From positions 56,110,001-56,174,000 of the forward strand of contig OZ024746.1 in NCBI GenBank assembly GCA_964016885.1: a DNA stretch of 64,000 nucleotides, given 5' to 3'. This DNA is from Eledone cirrhosa. Lineage: Eukaryota. Of this stretch, positions 44,164 through 56,900 are shown piece by piece. The notes beneath the pieces were generated by a model that worked only from the letters and a program-made list of their open reading frames with translations, did no database searches and was not told where the DNA came from. Numbering within the stretch: position 1 is the first letter of the stretch; every line of letters starts with the position of its first letter. A program made the position numbers and the translations under genes.

Positions 44164-44320
44164 ACTTAAAAACTTAAAACCACAACTGAATACTAACCCA
44201 TACAATCACTAATACTCTTTTATTCCTAATTAAACCATTTTTCAACTGTGAACAATTTGTCAGCATTTTCTATTCCGTTTACCAATATATAATAACTTGT
44301 GTGTTACACCTCTATTCTTT

Positions 44321-44376
<56 letters not shown>

Positions 44377-44414
44377 TGTGTGTTTGTATTTATATATATA
44401 TATACAAACACACA

Positions 44415-44449
<35 letters not shown>

Positions 44450-44627
44450 TATATATATATATAAATTTATATATACATATATACATTTTCACCAGTTGCC
44501 CACACATGAAATCACACTTGCTTTCCAGCTCATATAAACTTAACTCACTTTCAGATAATTATCGTCCATAAACTCTTGTTCTTCACTTTCCTTTAATTAT
44601 CCTCTTTACAGACTTCTCTTTCTGAAT

Positions 44628-44640
44628 TTTTTTTACTTTA

Positions 44641-44671
<31 letters not shown>

Positions 44672-44775
44672 TTTATTTTTATTTTTATTTTTATTTTTAT
44701 TTTTATTTTTATTTTTATTTTTATTTTTATTTTTATTTTTATTTTTATTTATATTTTTATTTTTTTTTATTTTTA
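44628..44775. repeat. (TTTTTA)n/(TTTTA)n simple repeat
   Basis: Direct read. Confidence 0.95.
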
Positions 44776-45927
44776 CTTCAAATCGATCAGTGACCCCCCC
44801 CCCCCCCACTACTTTTTGATTGACTTACCTAATATCTTCACAATTCTCCATTTTACTTCCCCATTTTCATTCACTACCTGTTATCACTTGTCACTTGCGT
44901 TTTCAACTCCAGATATAATCTGTTGCTTGGCAGCCGCTTTTATATTTGTACACATTTATCCATACGGCTTGTTTATAATTTGTATCTATGCGTGTGAGTG
45001 TGCAGGTATGTGTATGCGTTCTGTATATGTATACGAACGCCTCCGTATGTGTGCGTGTGTGTGTATATATGTGTGTGTATGTGTGTCTTTATATCTGTTT
45101 TTTACATACTTATATATACGTGTATGTGTGTGTATGGGTGAATGTATGTGTATATGTATATATATATGTGTATGTATGTGTATGTATGTGTGTATATGTA
45201 TATATATATATACATAGTCGCGTAGTACGTGTGATTAGATATACATGTGCCGATATATATATATATATATATGTGTGTACGTACGAACCTATGTTTGTTT
45301 TCTCTTTTTTTCTAGTTTTAATTCATAATTGTTAACCCCTCCCTCTTACTTTCTCTTTGATTTAAAAATGTTTATTCTCTTATATTGTTTCATATGTATC
45401 GAGCCTCAGACTGACACCCTTTTGGCTGATAGACTCCCTTCCCTCTATACATCACTCACATGTGTGTGATCGCGCGCGTGTGTGCGTGCTTTCTTACTTG
45501 TATGTGTGTATATTTCATTCCTTAATACCTGTATCTGCTTGTACGTTAACTCTATTATCTTACAATTCCTTTTTCAACATATATTATAGACTTATTTGTG
45601 GTCACACATGCACTGATATGCTTGCCCTCATATATGTACTTACGCACATATTTTTACACTATACACACATATGAACATTTGTGAGTGAATATACACACAT
45701 TTATACACATACCCTAACATTATTTCCTTATTTGTTTATATATCTCTTGCATTACTTTTAATTATAATTTTTTGCCCGTTAAACTTTTGCCTTTCTTAAG
45801 GAGATTTTTCAAATATTTCACTGTTTTAAATTGCCTTATCCGACGAACGAATGAGGACGTTTTTCGTATTCGTCCTATTCGGCAAACCTCTGGTAATGAG
45901 GTAATTATATTGTATTGTTTATTATAC

Positions 45928-46015
<88 letters not shown>

Positions 46016-46030
46016 CGTATATATATATAT

Positions 46031-46937
46031 AAACGGAAAATATGAAACGAAGTTTCATTTCTCACTCTTAGTACGTCTGTTACTTAAATATAAGTATGTA
46101 TACGTACATACATATATGTATACAGACTACAGTAGTATGTATATGTATATGCATACATAAAAAAAAAAAAATATGTACGTATGGATTCACCGACCATTTA
46201 TTATAATGCTCGGTGTGTTTGTAAACAAACATCCCGAATTAAGCCGTACAGTGCTTAGCAACTATCGTTGCTCATTTGTTCAACACTGACAAAGGAACGC
46301 TGTACTAGTTTCAAGCGTATTAGCTATCGCCAGCAACATATACCTTCCTGCCAGATGATTGAACGTCTGAAAGTATATATTTTCCTTATGCATATTAACG
46401 GCTGAGCAGCCTAATTGGCATATCGAGTGAGTTAATCGCCCGGGCGCACCGAAAATGATAAACGGGAAAAATGAAACGAAATTTCATTTCTGACTCTTAG
46501 TAAGGCTGTTACTTAAATATAAGTATGTATACGTACATACATATATGTATATAGACGTACTGTAGTTGTATATATATATACATACATGCACACATATATA
46601 TATATGTACGTATGGATTCACCGAACATTTATTATAATGCTCGGTGTGTTTGTAAACAAACATCCCGAATTAAGCCGTACAGTGTCTAGCAACTATCGTT
46701 GCTCATTTGTTCAACACTGACAAAGGAACGCTGTACTAGTTTCAAGCTTATTAGCTATCGTCAGCAACGTATACCTTCCTGCCAGATGATTGAACGTCTG
46801 AAAGTATATACTTTCCTTATACATATTAACGGCTGAGCACCTAATTTGCATATCGAGTGAGTTAATCGGCCGGGCGCACCGAAAACGATAAACGGAAAAA
46901 ATGAAACGGAATTTCATTTCTCACTCTTAGTACGGCT
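46031..46937 (-). mobile_element. Retrozyme-like tandem repeat G: 431-bp unit, ~2.1 copies
   Basis: Unit starts at ~46031, ~46460 and ~46891; one HHR per unit; dispersed partial copy at 60500-60735. Confidence 0.8.
46728..46770 (-). ncRNA. Minimal type-I HHR with canonical core (copies 46297-46339 CTGGCGA, 60667-60709 CTGTCGA)
   Basis: ACGTTG-CTGACGA-T-AGCT[AATA]AGCT-T-GAAA-CTAG-TA-CAGCGT. Confidence 0.82.
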
Positions 46938-47794
46938 CATTATAAATACACGTATGCGTTTCACTGGGTTTGCGAAAGTGTCTGTAGGTGCGTATTCACA
47001 TTTTACTTAATGTCTATGTAATATATCAGTGCTAGAAATTGCAATATCTACCTACCTCATCAGTGATAATTTCCTAGAAATTAGCTTAGACCTAGGCACA
47101 CGCAACTACAGACCTTTTTACACATCCAGTGATTACCGCTTAATATAACCAGCTATTATCATCTTAATTAGTGGGTTCCAATGTCGTTATAAATTTAGTT
47201 TATAACATAATACTGTTATAAATTATACAGACTACAAATATAATTATATATGTGTGTTTGTGTGCGTAAAATATTGTGAAAAACCCTGTCATCATTGAGC
47301 TAGTAGTGCAATGATCAATTGGCTTCCATCCATCAATGCCTAATCATTTCTATATCAGGTACTACAGGGGTCTAATTTAAGATGGGATTTGAAGGAGATA
47401 GTACCTCTATTTCTAGTTATTCCAATGACTTCTGCAGAGTCTTCACCACCCTATCTCTTTGTGCTGAAATATGAATAGATGAAAGAGACACCGAGATGTC
47501 TTTTAAATGAAAGCGTGGACTGAGTTAGGTGTAGGAAGAAAAAGAAGTGAATTTGAAGGGAGGAGGAGAAGGAGGGTGACTAACTTAATTAGGCGGACCG
47601 TCTATTTGTGCAGGCTTTCACTCACAATTCACTACACTTCGCTACATTTCACCACAGCTCACTGCATTTTGTGAAACTTTCTAATTGCTATTAGCTTTTA
47701 TACGCATCATTATGAACATATACAAATGCACGTATATAACATAAATATACAAATGCAAGTTTATATGTATATATATATATATATATATACATTC

Positions 47795-47832
<38 letters not shown>

Positions 47833-47853
47833 TCTCTATATATATATATATAG

Positions 47854-48041
47854 TAATTGTTTCTACTTTAGGCACAAGGCCAGCAATTATCCAGTGCATT
47901 ACTGGTACTTTATTTTATCGACCCCGTAAGGATGAAAGGCAAAGTCAACCTCGGCGGGATTTGAACTCGGATCGTAAAGGGACGTAACTATGCTGGAAAG
48001 CATGGCGTCCGACCGTCTACCGATACTGCCAATCCACCGCC
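47854..48041 (-). mobile_element. tRNA-derived SINE
   Basis: Reverse complement has A box and B box GAGTTCAAATCC; partial copy also at ~33860-33945. Confidence 0.88.
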
Positions 48042-48053
48042 CTATATATATAT

Positions 48054-48362
<309 letters not shown>

Positions 48363-48364
48363 GT

Positions 48365-48546
48365 ATAATAGGAAAAGAGTGAGGTCCCCGACGGTTAACC
48401 CCCGGCCGTTTCTACAGGTAGATCAGAACTAAGTTCGCATGTAGCTGTCGAAACGGCTGGAGCTCAGTCGTCGGGGACCTGATTATGTTCCTATTACACA
48501 CACTACTACCGTAAGTATAGGGTATATTGGTGCATAATGGTCCACA
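48365..48546. mobile_element. Diverged family J fold-back fragment
   Basis: GGTCCCCGACGG..CCGTTTC followed by the inverse GAAACGG..CGTCGGGGACC. Confidence 0.65.
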
Positions 48547-48654
48547 TGTTATATATGTTTGTTATATATCATATATATATACATATACATATATATACTA
48601 CACACACACATATATATATATATACATATTCATCAATAGTACATTAATACATAC

Positions 48655-48706
<52 letters not shown>

Positions 48707-48763
48707 TTGTGTATATATGAATGTACTATTGATGAATATGTATATACATATATATATATGTAT

Positions 48764-48795
<32 letters not shown>

Positions 48796-48853
48796 GCATA
48801 TATATATATACATATATACATATATATACATATATATATATACATATATATAC

Positions 48854-48979
<126 letters not shown>

Positions 48980-48980
48980 T

Positions 48981-49016
<36 letters not shown>

Positions 49017-49029
49017 AATATATAATATA

Positions 49030-49762
49030 TAAAAACAAAAGATGGTTAAAGGAGTTCCATGTATTTTATTATGCGCATTTCAAAAACAAACATCATCATG
49101 CAATAATATTTGTGTTTTCATCAGATAAAACAGGAGGACATGATATGAAGGCTAAAAAACACTTGTGGATAGTGCAGTTTTAAATGAACATATGAGAAGT
49201 AGTTTTAGATTGATGTGTGATATTGGGAAAAATATTTTATTTAGAGGGGGGGGGAGTATGAAAAAAAGAGGAGGAGATGAGAGTGAAGGTGAGATGAGAG
49301 GGAGGAATATAATGAGGAAGGATGAGATAGGAGGAGAGATGAGATGGGTGATAGAGAGAGAGAGATAGTTTTTATAACTGAGAAAGTCTATGTAAAACAA
49401 TATATCTTTCTCAGTTATAAAAACTATCTCTCTCTCTCTATCACCCATCTCTCCTCCTATCTCATCCTTCCTCATTATATTCCTCCCTCCCATCTCACCT
49501 TCACTCTCATCTCCTCCTTTTTTTTCATACTCCCCCCCCCCTCTAAATAAAATATTTTCCCCAATATCACACATCAATCTAAAACTACTTCTCATATGTT
49601 GATTTAAAACTGCACTATCCACGAGTGTTTTTTAGCCTTCATATCATGTCCTCCTGTTTTATCTGATGAAAACACAAATATTATTGCATGATGATGTTTG
49701 TTTTTGAAATGCGCATAATAAAATACATGGAACTCCTTTAACCATCTTTTGTTCTTTTATAT
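49030..49762. mobile_element. Near-perfect 730-bp fold-back (arms 49030-49386 / 49406-49762, 19-bp spacer) carrying HHRs
   Basis: Mirror ORFs 49165+ and 49152-; adjoins a long (TA)n tract. Confidence 0.9.
49657..49723 (+). ncRNA. Canonical type-I HHR (mirror copy 49064-49130, minus)
   Basis: TTTTAT-CTGATGA-~16-bp stem II-GAAA-TGCGCA-TA-ATAAAA. Confidence 0.85.
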
Positions 49763-49943
49763 TATGTATACTCCAGTCCTACAAACTGTAGAGTGCTTCT
49801 TATCCGATATCTGCATTGCTTTATTGTACTACAATAAAACTCACCTCCTACATATATATATATGTATATGTATATATATGTTTATATATATATATATATA
49901 TATGATATTAAATAAATGGAAACTATATTTATAAAACCATATT

Positions 49944-50009
49944 TATTTCATTATATATATTTCAGGGATATCATATTAACAATATGTTATGCCTTCTTCA
50001 GACAAAATA
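49944..50009 (-). ncRNA. Canonical type-I HHR in a 260-bp insert with inverted ends (49901-50160)
   Basis: TATTTTGT-CTGAAGA-AGG..CATATT/AATATG..CCT-GAAA-TATATA-TA-ATGAAATA; related 3' fragment at ~29730-29800. Confidence 0.8.
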
Positions 50010-50245
50010 CAATATAAACAGTCTTATAAATAAATAGATACGACATACCTTTCAATCGACTTGCATTTGGGAAGTTGATTTGGCAGTTTTATAAATGGTT
50101 TTATAAATGGTTTTATAAATATAGTTTTATAAATATAGTTTCCATTTATTTAATATCATAAATATACTCCAAATACTTGTTGAGTGCTTTTATATCAGTT
50201 GTAAATATTTACTCGCTGTTAACCCAACAATTTAAATATAACTTT

Positions 50246-50314
<69 letters not shown>

Positions 50315-50316
<2 letters not shown>

Positions 50317-50449
50317 ACAAAGATATTGTGGTAAGATACCAAGTGGACCATTACGCCCCAATGCCCAATGTACTCGATACTTACGGTAGTGGAGTTTGTA
50401 ATAGGAAAAGAGTCAGCTCCCCGACGGCTGAGCTCCGGCAGTTTCGACA
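50315..50449 (-). mobile_element. Diverged family J 3' fragment (another at 60741-60805)
   Basis: GTGGACCAT..GGTAGT..CCCCGACGGCTGAGCTC..GTTTCGAC. Confidence 0.65.
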
Positions 50450-50794
50450 TCATATGTGTATATAGTTAAGGAAACATGCCCGCACACATATACACATACA
50501 CCCATACACACCCACAAACACACACAAAAAAACGCATTATATGTATGGAAAAGAATGAAATGATATTTCATTTCTCATACTTACATTTATATATATATTT
50601 ACATTTGCTTATATATATATATATAAAGAATTAGTATATCAAGTAATATATATATACACAGATGCATACTTATGCTAGCAAATATATAGGTTTTGTCTTA
50701 GTAACTTTGTGGTTCAATGCATGGGGTTGCAGAACAATAATATGAGAGACGTAAAATAAGAAAATTATAAAATTAACTTACTTACTAAAATTTC

Positions 50795-50877
50795 ACTCCC
50801 AACTAATTAGTTTCTGAAAGGGAATAAACATACTTTCCGAAGAAGCGTACAGAGAAGCCTTTCGTCATCAGGGAAGT
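50795..50877 (-). ncRNA. Type-I HHR in a ~430-bp insert with inverted ends (50740-50810 / 51100-51170)
   Basis: ACTTCC-CTGATGA-C-GAAAGG..CCTTTC-A-GAAA-CTAATTAG-TT-GGGAGT. Confidence 0.75.
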
Positions 50878-51159
50878 CTATTCTCAGCTAAGTTTCCAGG
50901 CTATACGTGGACACAGGGAACTTATACAAAAATAATTCAGTGGATGGAAAAAAGCAAAGCGTGGACTAAATTCCTAGCCATTGAGAAAATCACTGCCTAC
51001 TGCGTCGGTGGCAAATTCAAAAGAATCAATCACGTGACATCGAGGTCAATCAGTGGTAAGTGGTTTGATAAGAAGACAGCACGTGATTGATTCTTAAATT
51101 AATTAGTTGGGAGTGAAATTTTAGTAAGTAAGTTAATTTTATAATTTTCTTATTTTACG

Positions 51160-51200
<41 letters not shown>

Positions 51201-51204
<4 letters not shown>

Positions 51205-52658
51205 GAAGAGAGAAGGAACATTTAGATATAATTAGTAATAAAATGTATCATACCTAAACTGCTCCTAGATTCCTCGACTACGTAGTTTCGTGGCATAAAC
51301 AAAAACAGTACATCATAAAGATATAGAGCCCTTGCGTGGTCTGCCGACTTATCAAGACGATACCTCATTTTACTAGCTTCAAGAACGCGTCTACACGACG
51401 TAAGAAAGAATCCCAAAAGGCGGAGGGGGAGATAGTCACGCGATATAACGGTCGAGAAACAGAGCTAAGCCTCTTATAACCCCGAAGAAAATACCACGGA
51501 GGCGGAGGGGGTATTTATAACGAAGCCGTAGAAGAGGTGGTAAAGGAGACGAGAAGTATGATTAATGGCAGCTTTCCAGCAGTCACCACACTTCAAAGAT
51601 TACTCGACCAGAGGGAGTTATGAACAATATATTTAGAAACACACAGATACATGCGGACACACACATATACATGAATGAATCCACATCCAACCGTGAGTTA
51701 ATGGTGCCAACCTTACCGATGTTGCTCAATGAATGACTGGGACAGACCAATCCGGTTGAACCAGACTGAACCAGTATCAGAGTTAAAAATACATTATGAA
51801 GAGAGAAGGAACATTTAGATATAATTAGTAATAAAATGTATCATAGTTTAGGTATGATACATTTTATTACTAATTATATCTAAATGTTCCTTCTCTCTTC
51901 ATAATGTATTTTTAACTCTGATACTGGTTAAGTCTGGTTCAACCGGATTGGTCTGTCCCAGTCATTCATTGAGCAACATCGGTAAGGTTGGCACCATTAA
52001 CTCACGCTTGGATGTGGATGCATTCATGTATATGTGTGTGTCCGCATGTGTCTGTGTGTTTCTAAATATATTGTTCATAACTCCCTCTGGTCGAGTAATC
52101 TTTGAAGTGTGGTGACTGCTGGAAAGCTGCCATTACTCATACTTCTCCCCTCCTTTACCACCTCTTCTACGGCTTCGATATAAATACCCCCTCCGCCTCC
52201 GTGGTATTTTCTTCGGGGTTATAAGAGGCTTAGCTCTGTTTCTCGACCGTTATATCGCGTGACTATCTCCCCCTCCGCCTTTTGGGATACTTTCTTACGT
52301 CGTGTAGACGCGTTCTTGAAGATAGTAAAATGAGGTATCGTCTTGATAAGTCGGCAGACCACGCAAGGGATCTATATCTTTATGATGTACTGTTTTTGTT
52401 TATGCCACGAAACTACGTAGTCGAGGAATCTAGGAGCAGTTTAGGTATGATACATTTTATTACTAATTATATCTAAATGTTCCTTCTCTCTTCATAATGT
52501 ATTTTTAACTCTGATACTGGTACAGTCTGGTTCAACCGGATTGGTCTGTCCCAGTCATTCATTGAGCAACATCGGTAAGGTTGGCACCATTAACTCACGG
52601 TTGGATGTGGATGCATTCATGTATATGTGTGTGTCCGCATGTATCTGTGTGTTTCTAA

Positions 52659-52665
<7 letters not shown>
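51201..52665. mobile_element. Retrozyme-like family F: 593-bp unit, ~1.1 copies minus joined to ~1.4 copies plus, (TA)n on both sides
   Basis: Period 593 on both arms (51201/51794; 51846/52439); inversion junction at ~51845. Confidence 0.82.
52338..52427 (+). ncRNA. HHR candidate with U3-A8 core (mirror 51271-51360, minus)
   Basis: TCGTC-TTGATAA-GT(C)GGCA..TGCCAC-GAAA-CTACGTAG-TC-GAGGA. Confidence 0.6.
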
Positions 52666-52715
<50 letters not shown>

Positions 52716-52821
52716 ATAATAATAAAATTGAAGACTAAAATCCAAAGAGGGCTCGAGAAGGAAAATATATATCAAATATATAAGAACCGTAGAGCAAATA
52801 TTTATTAAAATAACAGATTAA

Positions 52822-52872
52822 AGTTTAAGCAAAGAATCGCTGCTTTCACCCTTAACGGGATCTTCTGAAACT
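52822..52872 (-). ncRNA. HHR fold with CAGAAGA core in the PLE C 3' end
   Basis: AGTTT-CAGAAGA-T-CCC[GTTAA]GGG-T-GAAA-GCAG..TTGC-TT-AAACT. Confidence 0.6.
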
Positions 52873-53829
52873 AACAAAGTCAATCTGTAAACGCAGAACG
52901 GGATATTTCAAAAAACGTTGCAACCGGAGGAAGACAGGAAGACGATACTTTGGTTAGTGGAAACGTTCGCTGGCAAAGAACGGGAAAAAAACGAATAATA
53001 CGTCATTAATAGGAGCGGTGAAAAACAATTACGCGCAAAGACAGAACCACGTTTATGGTATAAAAGAGGTCGTAGACTAATGTTCTCTTAGGTGGTGCAT
53101 AGAGACGTACTCTGGCAATGAACGAAAATACGAAGATAATAAGCCATATGTGGAGCGTGGAGAACAATAGCACGCAAAACAAAACCACGTAAATGGTATA
53201 GCAGAAGTTGTAGACTAAAATTCTAACTAGGAGACCAAATGAATCTCCGCTACAGAGTTAAGAACCAAAGTAAATAAATAAAATACAGAGGTAATAGAAA
53301 TTAAATAAATACATACACGCATACAAATACGTACATACACAAGCATAGGCTAAAACACTTACCATAGGTATACAAAACCACGCACATATAAATATGTGTG
53401 TGTGTATGCGTGTATACAAATAAATAAATAATTAAATAAACGTATATAAAAAATAAATACGTATATAACAAGCGCACACACATACCTACATGTAAATACA
53501 CAAATGTTCGGAGACGTAAGTCAACCAAAACATGAAGTACACATTAACACACACCCTACATACGCACGAACCTGCATACTCACACAGACGCAAAACTTCC
53601 GTATACACATAGCCAAACCATATGTACCAGAATATATGAAATTATACGCCATAACATATACAATCAAATATACATACGAGAAAGTATACGTACCTTCACA
53701 AAACATACAGGTAATAAATACTTACCTATGCAAGTAAGTAATGGTATAAACAAAACATATACTTAGCTGGCACATCAAGACGTAAAATATCCACGTATAG
53801 ATCGTACTATCCGTTAGGGTATAACGTAG

Positions 53830-55440
53830 GGCTGTAATACAGGAAAGTTTTGTGCAATTTAGGTTTACAAGCCGAAATTGCCTCAGATTTTTTGTTTAAG
53901 ATGTGGTCTGTGGCGTAGAATATTTACAGGGCCTCAGCGGCGCAGAGATCACATGGTATTTTATTTCCGTTATACGATCTAGCCCTCGCTAGAATCTCCC
54001 TGTGTAACTTATATTGGGTGTGGTTGTCTTTAGACTCCAGATATAAGCTGAAAGTGACGTCATATTCCTTCTTAGAGGGTAAGGAAAAGAATGGGTATCC
54101 ATGTAAAGACGCTGCTTAAATCTATTGGCGGTTAACCCTGCGGGACGTGGGTGTTTCAACCTTACATTTGTAGACAATGTTGCTAGAAAGGCATTTCCCG
54201 GATAGGAGGCAATCAACCCGATTCCTACAATTACAGCTATTACTAACTACAGGGTTGCACATGTTCCTACGGCTAGGTAGTTTAGATAAATTTGAAGCTG
54301 TAATGTTATGTGCAAGGTTAGGAGTCGTAGAGTAAGAAATTTTAATAGTATTTCTATTAACAAGTTTACTATATTTATGTGTAGAGGGAAAATGCTTCGT
54401 AATAAGGGAAAGAAAGATCTTAGCTAATGGTGTGGCCACCTCCATATTATATGGTGGTTTATACCAACAAATGCGACCGGATCTATTTCTTCTAGGTCTA
54501 TTTTCGTACTCTGTATATGCTACCTTATCGACAAATCCACTCCGAGCAAGAGCTTCATTGTAATAAGTGGAATGGTCGTTGAAAATATGCTCGTTAGTAG
54601 ATAGACGGGGAAGCCTCAAGGAAACGTTTCTTACCAGGTTCTTGGTTATGCTGGCAGGATGGTTGGAATGCTTACTTATGTAATTAAGCGTATCATTCGG
54701 CTTTCTATACGGGTAATACAACCCATTCAATAAATTGAGGGTAACGTCGAGGTAATTAACGACCGAGAGATTGGCCTCAACCTGTATACAGAGGTTGAAG
54801 CCTTTAAAGAAGGCTGTGAGTTCTTTTCTGAACCTGTCGCAAGCACGATGTCCGCACTTAGTCATTGTCAAAAGACCATCGTCACGGTACAAACCACCGC
54901 CCGCGTTGGGGAATTCATCCTTGATAGAGAAAAGAAGGAAAAGGCCGATAAGATCAGTAACCTCCGCAGAATCGCTGGCGCCCATACTCACGTCGAATGG
55001 AGTACCATTGGATTTTTTAATCCAAATAGTGTCGTCGAAATTAATCACCGACTTATGGGCATTGAGGATGACATCAACTTCGAAATCCTTAACCACTGTG
55101 AGTGTTTTAGCGAAATTGATAGCTCTAAGGAGAAGTGGTAAAGTGATGGAGGAGTAGTAATTGTTGATGTCGAATTGGATAAAACGGCAATGTTCCTTGT
55201 TACATATGCCGTTGAACCAATCAATCACCGCGAAAGAATTGTTCCACAGTACAAGAGGGGCCAAACCTCTAATTTCAGGTATAATTCTATCAAGAATCGT
55301 TTTACTAAGTCTACCTAAATCGAACTTCGTAGGGTTAATAAGCCGAATAGAGGGGTTGTTCGTAAAATTGGATTTGTGATCCTTCAGGGTAAAGTGGGGA
55401 GAAATAGGGTCCAGAGGCTCGGTCCGGTCCAGGATGTTGA
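53830..55440 (-). pseudogene. PLE RT (380-aa ORF 54122-55264) with frameshifted GIY-YIG domain
   Basis: TLKDHK..RLINP, FIQFDINNYYSSI, DVSMGASDSAE, GLYRDD, YLDVTL, SNHP, CNC..C..C, NIVYKC. Confidence 0.92.
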
Positions 55441-55573
55441 GATCAGATGTGATTTTAAACCCAGCATCCTTGATTTCATTGATGATATAAATGTAAGTAT
55501 GAGAAATGAGATTTCATTTCATTCTTTTCCATATTTGTATATATAGATGCGTGTGTTTGTTTGTGTGTGTGTA

Positions 55574-55617
<44 letters not shown>

Positions 55618-56345
55618 TCCTTAAATGTATACACATATGTATTAATGCATATTAGAATATAGATGTAGGGGAGTAGTCATATATTTGTGTGTGCGTGTAT
55701 GTGTGTTGATAAGTGCATATATGTACGTACATATATGTTTATATGCAAAACCATAAGTTGCTCACTAGCCTGAGGTGCATGTTTCCCTATATAAATCCAT
55801 TTTTCCTTCAGAATAAACATAATCTACCACCACACATTATTTGGACTTACCTGAATATTCATAAATGTTATTGTTAATCTCACATAAACAACGACGACGA
55901 CTACAAAAGTTAACAACATCAACAACGTCATTAAAACAAGGCGAACGACAAACAGAACAAAAATAACAACACCAATGCTATCAACAACGAACCTGCCTAT
56001 ATCATTAATGATATAGAGTAATATTGCTAGTGTTGTTGATGATATTGCTGTTATTACTGTAGCAGATGCTGATGATGCTGAAATGTTTGTTGATCATTTT
56101 ATTATGTAAATATTATATATATATCTGTTTGAATCTGTTGATAAACCATGAAACATTAAAATAACAAAGCGTGGACGTAACTAAACATACTTATTTATAT
56201 TACATATCCTGTCTCTTCATCTGCAGGTATATTATCTTGTCCTACTCTCTATGTCTCTCTCTGTTTCTCGCTCCCTCCTTTCTGTCTCTCTATCTCTCTC
56301 TCTCTCTTTCCCTCTGTCACATACATACCCACAATCACATATGCA

Positions 56346-56376
<31 letters not shown>

Positions 56377-56403
56377 CTGTATGTATGGGTGTGAGTGTGT
56401 GTG

Positions 56404-56436
<33 letters not shown>

Positions 56437-56474
56437 TTGTGTATCTATGTATACACACACATATATATATCATT

Positions 56475-56662
56475 GGTGGATTGGCAGTATCGGTAGAGCG
56501 TCGGACGCCATGCTTTGCAGCATAGAGTTACGGCCCTTGCCATTCTGAGTTCAAATCCCGCCGAGGTTAACTTGTCCTTTCATCCTTACGGGGTTGATAA
56601 AATAAAGTACCAGTAATACACTGGATAATTGCTGGCCTTGTGCCAAAGTAGAAACAATTATT
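56475..56662 (+). mobile_element. tRNA-derived SINE, best-preserved copy
   Basis: A box TGGCAGTATCGG, B box GAGTTCAAATCC, body GATAAAATAAAGTACCAGT; at least 5 further copies in the window. Confidence 0.9.
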
Positions 56663-56798
56663 TTCTTTAGAAGCAAGTAAATAGATCACATTTAGATGAG
56701 TAGCTCAATACATTAGAAGACCATAATGTGTTTCAGCTAGAAATGAATTCCTAGGGCATATAAATGTCTCATTCGTTTTAAATCAGTATGAAATACCT

Positions 56799-56900
<102 letters not shown>

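Larger units (their letters stand above)
40644..44289 (-). mobile_element. Penelope-like retroelement B with ~620-bp inverted terminal repeats (40644-41260 / 43651-44289)
   Basis: Minus-strand RT; IR arms include microsatellites and a ~110-bp internal tandem duplication; flanked by (TA)n. Confidence 0.92.
52712..55485 (-). mobile_element. Penelope-like retroelement C, 5'-truncated, with long 3' UTR ending at (TA)n
   Basis: RT ORF plus frameshifted GIY-YIG; 3' end recurs at 48054, 57536-57728 and 63827. Confidence 0.92.

Noticed and set aside
49152-49622. 156-aa ORF with mirror ORFs
   Set aside because: Product of a palindrome with GA-rich low complexity
56065-56100. CTGATGA-TGCT-GAAA hammerhead-like string
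   Set aside because: No stem II; lies in (GAT/GCT)n low-complexity sequence
56475-56560. tRNA gene
   Set aside because: A/B boxes belong to a multi-copy SINE head; no cloverleaf
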